Source: Bacteroidota bacterium (lineage in GTDB: Bacteria > Bacteroidota > Bacteroidia > Flavobacteriales > Weeksellaceae). From it: 64,000 bases of DNA. The position numbers were made by a program, and so were the translations under genes. The stretch covers positions 78,900 through 142,899 of the forward strand of contig JAEWOS010000016.1 of NCBI GenBank assembly GCA_023460855.1, written 5' to 3'. Under the pieces are notes generated by a model. That model ran no database searches and had not been told where the DNA came from. It was given only the letters and a program-made list of their open reading frames with translations. Positions 1-9,502 of the stretch are shown one piece after another; the first letter of the stretch is position 1; every line of letters starts with the position of its first letter.

Positions 1-2210
1 TGTTGCTCGTTATAAGTATGGTTAGCAATTACGGTATCTTTACTTCCGTCTGCATGTACAAATTCCAAAGTCAGCGGTTTCCCCGGTGCAAACTGATCAA
101 GATCAAGGAAGTTTACCACATCATCTTCCTGAATTTTATCGTAATCTGCCTTATCGTTGAAAGTCAATCCAAGCATTCCCTGCTTTTTCAGATTGGTTTC
201 GTGGATACGCGCAAAAGATTTCACCAGAACGGCTCTTACACCAAGATGTCTCGGCTCCATTGCAGCGTGTTCTCTGGAAGAACCTTCACCATAATTTTCA
301 TCACCAACCACGATGGACGGAATTCCTTCGGCTTTATAAGCGCGCTGTACAGCAGGAACTTCACCGTATTCACCGGTAAGCTGATTTTTCACTTTATTGG
401 TTTCCATGTTGTAAGCATTCACGGCACCAATAAGCATGTTGTTGGAAATATTATCGAGATGCCCTCTGTATTTCAGCCACGGACCCGCCATAGAAATGTG
501 GTCGGTGGTACATTTTCCAAATGCTTTAATCAGCACTTTTGCACCTTCAATATTTTTACCGTCCCACGGTGTAAAAGGTTCCAGCAACTGCAGTCTGTCT
601 GATGTTGGGCTTACGATTACCTGAACCGCAGATCCGTCTTCAGATGGCGCCTGGTAACCGTTATCCTCCACAGCAAATCCTTTTGCGGGAAGTTCAGAAC
701 CCTGCGGTTCGTTGAGTTTTACCTGTTCTCCTGATTCTGTTGTAAGCGTATCGGAAATCGGGTTGAAATCCAGTCTGCCGGAAATTGCAACCGCTGCAAC
801 CATCTCCGGAGAAGCTACGAAAGCGTGTGTATTCGGATTTCCGTCGGCTCTTTTTGCGAAGTTTCTGTTGAATGAGTGGATGATGGAGTTTTTTTCTCCT
901 TTTTCCGCACCTTCTCTGTCCCACTGACCAATACAAGGACCGCAGGCGTTCGTAAAGATTCTCGCATTTTCAAATTTTCTGAAAGAATCGAGGAACCCGT
1001 CTCTTTCAGCGGTAAATTTTACCTGCTCTGAACCCGGATTGATTCCCAGAATTGCTTTTGGCTTCACTCCTTTCGCGACAGCGTCTTCTACGATGGAAGC
1101 AGCTCTGGAAAGATCTTCATAAGATGAGTTGGTACAAGAACCAATCAGTGCCCATTCAACATCAAGAGGCCAACCGTTGGCTTCAGCTTTAGCTCTGAAT
1201 TCTGCAACAGGCGTAGCCAAATCTGGTGTGAAAGGTCCGTTTAAATGAGGTGTAAGCTCAGAAAGATTGATTTCAATAACCTGATCGAAGTACTGCTCAG
1301 GGTTTGCATAAACTTCCTCATCCCCTGTTAAATGTTCTGCGATTTGGTCTGCTGCATCTACAACATCCTGTCTGCCTGTTGAAACCAGATATCTTCTCAT
1401 CGCGTCATCGTATCCGAAAGTAGAAGTTGTAGCCCCGATTTCAGCACCCATGTTGCAGATCGTTCCTTTTCCTGTTGCAGAAAGTGATTTTGCTCCTTCA
1501 CCGAAATATTCCACGATACAACCTGTTCCTCCTTTTACGGTAAGGATTCCTGCAACTTTCAGAATTACGTCTTTTGCGGAAGTCCAGCCACTCATTTTTC
1601 CGGTAAGTTTAATACCGATCAGTTTTGGCATCTTCAGTTCCCACGGCATTCCGGCCATTACATCCACCGCATCTGCACCACCAACACCGATCGCTACCAT
1701 TCCTAGTCCTCCTGCATTTACTGTGTGAGAGTCGGTTCCGATCATCATTCCTCCAGGGAATGCATAATTTTCGAGTACCACCTGGTGAATAATTCCTGCA
1801 CCCGGCTTCCAGAAGCCGATTCCGTATTTATCGCAAACTGAACTCAGGAAATTGAAAACTTCTGAATTTTTGTTGATTCCATCCTGTAAATCCTGTTCTG
1901 CACCTACTCTTGCCTGAATCAGGTGATCGGCATGTGCTGTGGAAGGTACCGCAACTTTCGATTTTCCTGCACTCATAAACTGCAACAACGCCATTTGTGC
2001 GGTTGCATCCTGCATCGCAACACGGTCCGGAGCAAAATCTACATAAGAATTTCCTCTTTCGTGTGCCTGCGTTGCATTTCCGTCCCAAAGGTGTGTGTAC
2101 AGAATTTTTTCTGACAGTGTAAGAGGCTTACCAACTGCTCTTCTCGCAGCTTCGATCCTTTCCGGATAGCGCTCATACACTTTTTTGATCATATCAATGT
2201 CGAAAGTCAT
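1..2210 (-). CDS. acnA: aconitate hydratase (mitochondrial/AcnA type); C-terminal end cut by the window edge
   Basis: The minus-strand frame is open from ATG 2210-2208 to the window edge, so it has no stop and is absent from the ORF track. The translation [42 protein letters not shown]... carries the [25 protein letters not shown] and [10 protein letters not shown] aconitase Fe-S ligand signatures. The plus-strand ORFs listed here are shadows. Confidence 0.93.
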   Translation of the reverse strand, partial: MTFDIDMIKKVYERYPERIEAARRAVGKPLTLSEKILYTHLWDGNATQAHERGNSYVDFAPDRVAMQDATAQMALLQFMSAGKSKVAVPSTAHADHLIQARVGAEQDLQDGINKNSEVFNFLSSVCDKYGIGFWKPGAGIIHQVVLENYAFPGGMMIGTDSHTVNAGGLGMVAIGVGGADAVDVMAGMPWELKMPKLIGIKLTGKMSGWTSAKDVILKVAGILTVKGGTGCIVEYFGEGAKSLSATGKGTICNMGAEIGATTSTFGYDDAMRRYLVSTGRQDVVDAADQIAEHLTGDEEVYANPEQYFDQVIEINLSELTPHLNGPFTPDLATPVAEFRAKAEANGWPLDVEWALIGSCTNSSYEDLSRAASIVEDAVAKGVKPKAILGINPGSEQVKFTAERDGFLDSFRKFENARIFTNACGPCIGQWDREGAEKGEKNSIIHSFNRNFAKRADGNPNTHAFVASPEMVAAVAISGRLDFNPISDTLTTESGEQVKLNEPQGSELPAKGFAVEDNGYQAPSEDGSAVQVIVSPTSDRLQLLEPFTPWDGKNIEGAKVLIKAFGKCTTDHISMAGPWLKYRGHLDNISNNMLIGAVNAYNMETNKVKNQLTGEYGEVPAVQRAYKAEGIPSIVVGDENYGEGSSREHAAMEPRHLGVRAVLVKSFARIHETNLKKQGMLGLTFNDKADYDKIQEDDVVNFLDLDQFAPGKPLTLEFVHADGSKDTVIANHTYNEQ

Positions 2211-2403
2211 AAGATATACTATTTTGATTTTTTTAAATATAAGAAAAACTTGTCCAAATTTAATCATTTTTGAACTTTCTGATTTCTATTTTGATTCAGA
2301 TTATTAATAAGTTCAACATAAAATATCACTTAACATTAAAAACCCGCATTAATTGTGAAAAATTTCATAATAAAGCTGTAAAGAAGTTTAGCTTTCAGAC
2401 AGT

Positions 2404-2411
2404 TATATTTG
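2404..2411 (+). promoter_or_regulatory. candidate Bacteroidetes -7 promoter box (TATATTTG)
   Basis: Exact match to the TAnnTTTG sigma-A -7 consensus, 24 nt upstream of ATG 2435. Confidence 0.35.
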
Positions 2412-2434
2412 CTAAATACGAAAAATAATCAGTT

Positions 2435-3646
2435 ATGACAAAGTTTCCTTTAGCAATACTCCTTTTAGCAGGTGTTCTTTCTTGCAAGAACGGAAATATT
2501 GAACAGGCGGATGAAGCCGCAGCAAACGGCCAAAACCCTGAAACCAAAAGCCGAAATACAGATATTGCGCCCGCCTTCACAGGACAAACGAGGGTTGCGG
2601 GGGTTACAACCAGTACACCGATTAATGTTCAGGCCATAGCACAAAACCTTGGAAAACCCTGGGCAATCGTTAACTTTCCGAATAACCGTTTCCTGATTAC
2701 AGAAAAATCCGGTAAAGCATATATTGTTAGTAACGACGGTGCTTCCGTGAACAACGTTTCCGGATTTCCTGCAGTAGATGATAAAGGACAGGGCGGATTA
2801 CTTGACATTGCGCTGGATCCTGGTTTTTCCGGCAACCGGACGCTGTACTGGAGTTACTCCGAAAAAGTAGGCAACGGAAACCATACCGCTGTGGCAAAAG
2901 GAACACTTTCTGCTGACGAATCAACGATACAGAATCCAACAGTAATTTTCCGTGCCACTCCAACGTATGACGGTGATAAGCATTACGGAAGCAGGCTGCT
3001 GTTTGACAGTGACGGAAATCTTTATGTTTCTACCGGTGAAAGATCGGATATGGCAACAAGACCTTTGGCCCAGGATCAGCAGTCGTATCTTGGAAAACTG
3101 TTGAAAATTACCAAAGACGGTGCTCCTGCAGCATCCAATCCGCAAATCAGTGGCTGGAAACCCGAAATCGTTTCCACCGGGCACAGAAATCCGCAGGGAA
3201 TCGCTATTCATCCTGTAACCGGCGAGCTTTGGCTTAATGAAATGGGACCACAGGGCGGAGATGAAGTAAACCGTATTGAAGCAGGAAAAAATTACGGATG
3301 GCCAACAATAACCTATGGTGAAGAATACAGCGGCGCAACCATCGGTGACGGTATCGGGCAGAAAGCCGGTCTTGAACAGCCGGTATATTTCTGGGACCCG
3401 GTAGTTTCTCCTAGTGGCATGGATTTCTATACCGGAAATATCGCAGAATGGAAAAACAATCTGATGATCGCCTGTCTTTCAGGAAAAAAAATTGTTAGAC
3501 TTGTCATCGAAAACAATAAAGTTGTCGGCGAAGAATGGCTTGCGGTAGACAAAAATGAAAGATTCCGTGACCTGGTGAGCGGTGCTGACGGAAATATGTA
3601 CGCCGTAACCGACAGCGGAAAACTGTATAAAATTTCCAAACAATAA
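2435..3646 (+). CDS. PQQ-dependent soluble sugar (glucose/sorbosone) dehydrogenase family lipoprotein
   Basis: 403 aa. Lipoprotein signal LLLAGVLSCKNG. The motif GHRNPQGIAIHP..GELWLNEMGPQGGDEVNRI..GKNYGWP is typical of YliI/sorbosone dehydrogenase beta-propellers. Confidence 0.85.
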   Translation: MTKFPLAILLLAGVLSCKNGNIEQADEAAANGQNPETKSRNTDIAPAFTGQTRVAGVTTSTPINVQAIAQNLGKPWAIVNFPNNRFLITEKSGKAYIVSNDGASVNNVSGFPAVDDKGQGGLLDIALDPGFSGNRTLYWSYSEKVGNGNHTAVAKGTLSADESTIQNPTVIFRATPTYDGDKHYGSRLLFDSDGNLYVSTGERSDMATRPLAQDQQSYLGKLLKITKDGAPAASNPQISGWKPEIVSTGHRNPQGIAIHPVTGELWLNEMGPQGGDEVNRIEAGKNYGWPTITYGEEYSGATIGDGIGQKAGLEQPVYFWDPVVSPSGMDFYTGNIAEWKNNLMIACLSGKKIVRLVIENNKVVGEEWLAVDKNERFRDLVSGADGNMYAVTDSGKLYKISKQ

Positions 3647-3681
3647 TATTTAGATATATCTTTGAACCGTAAATTAAGATT

Positions 3682-4209
3682 ATGAAAAAACTATTTCTGA
3701 CAGCTGCTATTGCTGCCTTTGGAATTGCCTCTGCCCAAAACGACGCTTTTCGCGGAGCAGGCGATATGAGACTGAATCTGGGTGCTAATATTCAAAGCGG
3801 CGGTGCCGGGATCGTAACGTCATTAGACGTTGGGCTTGGTGAAAGCTTTTCTGTAGGAGCTCAGGCAGGATATCTTCTGGGCGTTGAAGAAGAAGTAACC
3901 GGCGGAAAAGCCCGTGCTGAACACAGATTTGACGTAAAAGCGCGTGCGAACGCTCACCTTGGTGATGTGATCGGTTTGCCTGAAAATTTCGACATTTATC
4001 CAGGTCTGAATTTGGGGCTTAAGAATTTCGGCGCGCATGCCGGTGTACGTTACTTCTTCGATAAAGGCTTTGGGGTATTTGCTGAAACACAGTTCCCTAT
4101 CGCCAAATATAATAAAGAAGGAATCCGTTACAGAAGGTTTAACAACCAGTTTGCCTTCCTGATCGGAGCGTCTTTCGATTTAAACAGAGGCGGAGGTTCA
4201 GTGGATTAA
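3682..4209 (+). CDS. small secreted/outer-membrane beta-barrel-like protein, function unknown
   Basis: 175 aa. Signal peptide MKKLFLTAAIAAFGIASAQ. Gly-rich alternating pattern. Followed by a strong terminator. Confidence 0.6.
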   Translation: MKKLFLTAAIAAFGIASAQNDAFRGAGDMRLNLGANIQSGGAGIVTSLDVGLGESFSVGAQAGYLLGVEEEVTGGKARAEHRFDVKARANAHLGDVIGLPENFDIYPGLNLGLKNFGAHAGVRYFFDKGFGVFAETQFPIAKYNKEGIRYRRFNNQFAFLIGASFDLNRGGGSVD

Positions 4210-4232
4210 ATCACATATGATCAATAACATTA

Positions 4233-4266
4233 AGGAGGTCTGCTTTTGTCGGCCTCCTTTTTTATT
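4233..4266 (+). terminator. rho-independent terminator
   Basis: 8-bp stem AGGAGGTC/GGCCTCCT (one G-U), 10-nt loop, then TTTTTATT. Confidence 0.75.
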
Positions 4267-4384
4267 GCACCATTGTGATGTTAGATTATATTTTATCGCT
4301 TATTTATTTCAAGATTTTGAACAACCCTTTTTTGAAGTTTTGAAAACAGTTAATTTTAACTTTTAATCCCTAAGAATAAATGAT

Positions 4385-4888
4385 ATGAAATCCCTTTACC
4401 TTTCCCTGCTTGCAGTAGGTTTGCTCGCGTCGTGTACTGCGACTACAAAGACTTATACCATTATGCCGAAAAGCGGCACAGACACGCAGGGAACTGCTAA
4501 ACTAACCAAGAAAGGAAAAACCGTGGAACTTGACCTGAATGTGTATCAACTGAAGCGCAATTCACTGCATGCAGCACACATCCACGAATTTGGGGACTGC
4601 TCTGCAGCGGACGGCAGTTCTGCAGGCGGACACTGGAATCCTACTAATGAAAATCATGGTAAATGGGGAGCCGGACAACATCATTCCGGTGATTTGGGAA
4701 ATCTGAAAACTGATGCGAAGGGAACAGCACGACTTGTTATGAGTTCTGATAAGTGGTGTCTTGGCTGTATGGATAAGTCAAAAAATCTGTACGGAAAATC
4801 GATCATTATCCATTCAAAAGCAGATGATTTCAGAACGCAGCCAACCGGAAATGCGGGCGGCAGAGTCGGATGTATCGAGATCAAATAA
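4385..4888 (+). CDS. sodC: Cu/Zn superoxide dismutase, lipoprotein form
   Basis: 167 aa. Lipobox LLASC. The motifs HAAHIHEFGDC, GGHWNP, HHSGDLGNL and IIIHSKADD..GNAGGRVGCIEI are the SodC metal-ligand pattern. Confidence 0.92.
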   Translation: MKSLYLSLLAVGLLASCTATTKTYTIMPKSGTDTQGTAKLTKKGKTVELDLNVYQLKRNSLHAAHIHEFGDCSAADGSSAGGHWNPTNENHGKWGAGQHHSGDLGNLKTDAKGTARLVMSSDKWCLGCMDKSKNLYGKSIIIHSKADDFRTQPTGNAGGRVGCIEIK

Positions 4889-4911
4889 ATTTTCAATAAT
4901 TGATAACACAG

Positions 4912-4939
4912 AGTTCCGGAATGATTCCGGAACTTTTTT
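4912..4939 (+). terminator. rho-independent terminator between convergent genes
   Basis: 8-bp stem GTTCCGGA/TCCGGAAC, 5-nt loop, then TTTTTT. Confidence 0.75.
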
Positions 4940-4947
4940 ATCCGGTA

Positions 4948-6153
4948 CTACCGGTTATTTAGATGCTTCGCAATCAGCCACGCTTCGCTCCAGCAAGCCT
5001 GAAAATTAAATCCGCCGGTTACCGCATCAATATTCAGAACTTCGCCAGCTATATAGAAATCAGGCAGTTTTTTGGAGGCCATGTTTTTAAAATCTATTTC
5101 TTTGAGCGCAACTCCTCCTGCAGTAACAAACTCATCCTTGAAAGTAGATTTGCCGGTAACCTCAAAGGTTTTTTGACAAAGATTCTGTAAAATGGCAGAT
5201 ATTTCTTTCTTAGAAAGCTGGGATAATTGTTTTTGAGGATCAACAGCTGAAACCGCAAGTAATTTTTTCCAGAATCTGCCGGTAACATCGAAAATCTTAG
5301 CCTGTGAAATGCTTCTTTTGGGGTTATTCTGCCGGTATTCCTGCAGCAGTTCCTCTGCTTCGTAAATCGTTTTGCCGATAAAATTCACCATTAACTCAAA
5401 GTGATAATCCAACTCATGAAGCTCTCTTGCTTTCCATGCGGAAATTTTCAGAATTGCAGGCCCGGAAAGTCCCCAGTGCGTAATAAGCAGCGGTCCGCTT
5501 TCTTCAGTTTTCAGGGACGCAATAGAAACTTCCGCATATTCAAAAACGGTTCCCGGTAAATCGCTGATAAGTTCATCGGAAATATTAAAAGTAAACAGAG
5601 AAGGAACCGGAGCAACGAGACTGTGCCCCAAATTTTCCAGAATAGAAAGCGATTTCGTTGAGCTGCCCGTCGTGAATATCACTATATCTGCATCAAAATG
5701 CTCTTTCGCGGCTGTAATCCGGTACCGGTTTTCCGTTCTTTCGATTTGTTTTACGGTACATTTCGTGCGGATCTCAACTTGATTACAAGCTGCTTCTTTA
5801 AGCAGAATATTGATGACCGACTGCGAAGAATCAGAATCCGGAAAGATGCGGCCATCGTCTTCAATTTTGAGATTTACACCGCGACTCTCGAACCAGTCCA
5901 TGGTATCACCGGGCTGAAATTTTGTAAATACACTGATCAGTTCCTTATTTCCTCTCGGATAAAATTTAACGAGTTCCTTCAGATCAAAACAACCATGGGT
6001 GACGTTACATCTTCCACCACCGGAAACCCTCACTTTCTGCAAAACCTCCGAGTTCTGTTCAAGTATTGTGATATCGTACATGTTTCCGTCAAGATTTGCA
6101 GCACAGAAAAAACCCGCTGCTCCTCCTCCTATGATTACGACTTTCTTTCGCAT
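4948..6153 (-). CDS. NAD(P)/FAD-dependent oxidoreductase, HI0933/BaiN family flavoprotein
   Basis: 401 aa. N-terminal KVVIIGGGAAGFFCA dinucleotide fold. GGGRCNVTH motif and C-terminal GEVLNIDAVTGGFNFQ, typical of the HI0933 family. Confidence 0.85.
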   Translation of the reverse strand: MRKKVVIIGGGAAGFFCAANLDGNMYDITILEQNSEVLQKVRVSGGGRCNVTHGCFDLKELVKFYPRGNKELISVFTKFQPGDTMDWFESRGVNLKIEDDGRIFPDSDSSQSVINILLKEAACNQVEIRTKCTVKQIERTENRYRITAAKEHFDADIVIFTTGSSTKSLSILENLGHSLVAPVPSLFTFNISDELISDLPGTVFEYAEVSIASLKTEESGPLLITHWGLSGPAILKISAWKARELHELDYHFELMVNFIGKTIYEAEELLQEYRQNNPKRSISQAKIFDVTGRFWKKLLAVSAVDPQKQLSQLSKKEISAILQNLCQKTFEVTGKSTFKDEFVTAGGVALKEIDFKNMASKKLPDFYIAGEVLNIDAVTGGFNFQACWSEAWLIAKHLNNR

Positions 6154-6203
6154 GCAGAAATTTAGTTAAAAATATAAATAGCGAACAAACGCGCGGAAAC
6201 TGA

Positions 6204-7118
6204 TTATTTCTCTTTCTTCTGCGGGCTTAGTTTCAGCCAGCTCCACTGCGCATGTTTTGCAGGAATAATTCCGAGTCCTTTCGCTTCGGAATATACTTTG
6301 GTAAACGCGGCTCCGAAAAATAAAATCATGCACGAATAATTCACCCACATCATGATAATAATGACGGTTCCGGCAGCGCCAAAAGCTGATGCCGGTTTCA
6401 AATGTGCAAAATAAAGGCTCAACAGAAATTTTCCGAAAGTAAACAGCAATGCCGTAACAAATGCTCCTGCCCAGACAGATTTCCACCTGATTTTCGCGTC
6501 GGGCAGAATTTTATAAATAAGCCCAAAAATAAGAACCATTACCAGGAATCCTAGTGTAAAGTTTGCAATCTGAATCAGATTATACGTCTGTGTTCCAAGC
6601 CATGTTGTGATCAGGACATTAAACAGGCTTACAAGCGACGATAGAAGCATTGTACTTATCAACAGTAACCCGATTACGATAATCATGACCAATGAATTCA
6701 CACGATTCAGCAGGAATTCCAAAATTGCTTTTTCAGGCTGGGCTTCTACGCTCCAGATGCTGTTCAATGATTTCTGTAACTGAAAAAATAAAGTGGTGGC
6801 TCCGAAAACAAGCGAAATAACGCCCACGGTTTTCATCAACCAGTTTTGTTTGTCTACGAGTGTTGCAGCGATGATGCCTTCCAGCGTTTCGGAAACTTCT
6901 TTTCCCATTACATCGCCAATCTGCCGGCTCAGTTCACCACGAATTGCTTCTTCTCCCAGAATATTTCCCGCAACCCAGATAATGATGATTAGGACGCCGG
7001 GAATTGAAAAAACTGCGGAATAGGCCAGGCTCATACTGTCTTTGGTTGCAGTAGAACCACTCCATTCCTGAAAGGTTTTTTTCAGAATTTTCCAGTAGAA
7101 GTTTAGCGTTTCAACCAT
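6204..7118 (-). CDS. YihY/BrkB family inner-membrane protein
   Basis: 304 aa, polytopic. The N-terminal ..FQEWSGSTATKDSMSLAYSAVFSIPGVLII pattern is typical of the YihY family. Confidence 0.8.
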   Translation of the reverse strand: MVETLNFYWKILKKTFQEWSGSTATKDSMSLAYSAVFSIPGVLIIIIWVAGNILGEEAIRGELSRQIGDVMGKEVSETLEGIIAATLVDKQNWLMKTVGVISLVFGATTLFFQLQKSLNSIWSVEAQPEKAILEFLLNRVNSLVMIIVIGLLLISTMLLSSLVSLFNVLITTWLGTQTYNLIQIANFTLGFLVMVLIFGLIYKILPDAKIRWKSVWAGAFVTALLFTFGKFLLSLYFAHLKPASAFGAAGTVIIIMMWVNYSCMILFFGAAFTKVYSEAKGLGIIPAKHAQWSWLKLSPQKKEK

Positions 7119-7138
7119 AGGAATTTTCTGATTTTGTT

Positions 7139-9499
7139 TTAGAACGGATATCCGATGGCAATGTTCAGCATTAGGTTATTGCGCCTCCACTCGCCGCTTC
7201 CGAAATCGATTTTATTAAACATCCACCGGTCGTCTTTTTCGTAGTACGGAACGCGGATCGGCATTGCGAGATCCAGTCGCAGTAATAAAATGTTGAAATC
7301 AAGTCTTAAGCCGACGCCGGCTCCCATTGCAATTTCGCTAAGCCACTCCCCGGAAAATTTAGCACCGGGTCTTGTTTCATCTTCGTTAATCAGCCAAACA
7401 TTGCCCGCATCCACAAAGACAGCAGCGTTAAGGAAGCGGTACAGATTTGCCCTGTATTCCGCGTTGAGTTCCAGTTTAATATCTCCGGCCTGATCATATC
7501 GCCCGATAACTCCGTTTGCATCTCTGGGATCATAACTTCCAGGTCCCAAAGTTCGGGCACGGAAAGCACGCACACTGTTACTTCCTCCGGCAAAAAACTG
7601 GCGGGAAAACGGGATGTACAGTGAGTTTCCCCACGGATAAGCAATCCCGGCAATCAATCGGGTCGCAACAGACTGTTTCGGAGTGAATTTATGGTACAGC
7701 CTCACATCGTGCTCCATTTTTGCGTACTGACTGAACGGTGTTTTGGCAATTTTTCGAACCTCATCTTTCTTGGCATTTGCACCGGTTAAAAGTCCTGCAA
7801 CATTACCGGCCAGATCTAAAAATCCGCGATAATAATACGTGGTATTCAACGGAAGCATCGTATTTGTGTAAGTGTACGCATAGTTGGATCCGAAAATCAG
7901 CTGCTGCTCAACGGCTCTTTGCAGATACGGTTTATCTGCGACATAGTTTCTGTAAATCTCTGTAACGTTCTGCGGCGCAACCACCGTGATATCCACCACC
8001 TTGAGATCGTGGTCCTTCCGTATATTCTCCTTCCAGTTGTAGCCGAAAGAAGCATTGAAATTATGAAGCGTGTACCATTTGGTTCTTGCAACATATTCAT
8101 AGCCTAGCGTGGCATTGGTTCTGGGAACAAATGCACTCGATGATCTGAATTCGAAAGGTGCAATAATTCGCGGAATGGAAAGCGTGGCGTTTCCTCCGGC
8201 TCTGAAGATATTTCCTTCTCCCCTTTCCTGCGGTTTCGGACCGCCAACCTGTACGTCGAAAGCTCCAAAAAGCGATACTTTTAACTGTTCGGCTGCGCGG
8301 AAAAAGTTGCGGTGTGTCCAGTTCAGATTCACCTCTGATCCGGCATAATTTGCGGAATTTGTTTTACCCAGCACTTCTGCCCGTAACGACTGGAAATCTT
8401 TCGGTGTTAACAGATAATAGGCATCAAATTTATTCCGCAGACTGTCGGAAATAACGAATTCATTCTTCACAAATTTAAAAACACCTAAACTGATCAGGCG
8501 GTTCAGCGTGAGGTTATGGTCTGCCCTGTTGTAAATATCTCCCGTATTAAAATAAAGCGCCCGGTCGAACATTTTCGGCTTGAATTTGTTGTTCGGATCA
8601 ACGATATAAAAATCATTATAAATCTCTATTGAATCAACATTCATCGGGATTTCGTAACGGTTTTCGCGAACATCGGCCAGATTATAATCCGGAAAAACGA
8701 TTACTTTATCGATGGAGAACTGTTTCTTAGCAAGCTCAGGCATGTCCTCCTTCACTTTTACAATCAGTTCGACTTCAGGTTTTTCGGAAACGGTGCTGTC
8801 TGCCTGAACAATGAGGTTATCCGGATGAAAATAATAGAATCCGTTTTCCTTCATGCGGTTATCGATTCGTTCCCGTTCTCCTTTTATAACGTCGAGATCG
8901 AAAGGTTTACCTCTTTCCAGCAACGACTCCTCTTTCGACGCCTGAATGTGCTGATTTAATTTGGTGCTGTCTTCAGGAAAAGACACATCACTGATCAGAT
9001 ACCTTGCCCCGGTTTCCACATCGTAAATTACCTTCGCTTTTTTGTTGTTGACAATCGTGTCGTACGATGCTTTTGCATTGAAATATCCTTTATTTTCGGA
9101 ATGATTTACGATGATTTCGCGGTTGAATTCGCGGTCAACCTGCTGAAGCAGCACCGGTTCTTCGCCAACTTTTGTTTTAAGCCAATGTACGACTCCCTTT
9201 TCTCTTTTCGGTTCCGGAGTAATATTATAAATCCATAAACGTGGACGAAGCCCCAGAAACGAAGAATTAGGTTTTGGAGTAAGGTTATCTTCCAGCCCTT
9301 CTTTCAGTTCAGATTTTTCACCTTTTGAAATGGTGTCGTTCAGTATATTAATGTCTGCACCGGTGTACAGCAGTTCACCTTCGTTCAGGTAGCGCGTATT
9401 ACATGAAAACAAAACCGCTGACATCACGGCTGCCGCCAATGTTTTCGAAATTAGTGCGCGATCGTGCTTTTTTTGAGATTTTCTGTTGAAAAATTTCAT
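7139..9499 (-). CDS. BamA/TamA family outer-membrane protein (Omp85 superfamily)
   Basis: 786 aa. C-terminal Omp85 barrel (FFAGGSNSVRAFRARTLGPG, ends IAIGYPF). Its start lies 3 nt downstream of the stop of the TamB-like gene. Confidence 0.85.
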   Translation of the reverse strand: MKFFNRKSQKKHDRALISKTLAAAVMSAVLFSCNTRYLNEGELLYTGADINILNDTISKGEKSELKEGLEDNLTPKPNSSFLGLRPRLWIYNITPEPKREKGVVHWLKTKVGEEPVLLQQVDREFNREIIVNHSENKGYFNAKASYDTIVNNKKAKVIYDVETGARYLISDVSFPEDSTKLNQHIQASKEESLLERGKPFDLDVIKGERERIDNRMKENGFYYFHPDNLIVQADSTVSEKPEVELIVKVKEDMPELAKKQFSIDKVIVFPDYNLADVRENRYEIPMNVDSIEIYNDFYIVDPNNKFKPKMFDRALYFNTGDIYNRADHNLTLNRLISLGVFKFVKNEFVISDSLRNKFDAYYLLTPKDFQSLRAEVLGKTNSANYAGSEVNLNWTHRNFFRAAEQLKVSLFGAFDVQVGGPKPQERGEGNIFRAGGNATLSIPRIIAPFEFRSSSAFVPRTNATLGYEYVARTKWYTLHNFNASFGYNWKENIRKDHDLKVVDITVVAPQNVTEIYRNYVADKPYLQRAVEQQLIFGSNYAYTYTNTMLPLNTTYYYRGFLDLAGNVAGLLTGANAKKDEVRKIAKTPFSQYAKMEHDVRLYHKFTPKQSVATRLIAGIAYPWGNSLYIPFSRQFFAGGSNSVRAFRARTLGPGSYDPRDANGVIGRYDQAGDIKLELNAEYRANLYRFLNAAVFVDAGNVWLINEDETRPGAKFSGEWLSEIAMGAGVGLRLDFNILLLRLDLAMPIRVPYYEKDDRWMFNKIDFGSGEWRRNNLMLNIAIGYPF

Positions 9500-9502
9500 T
9501 AT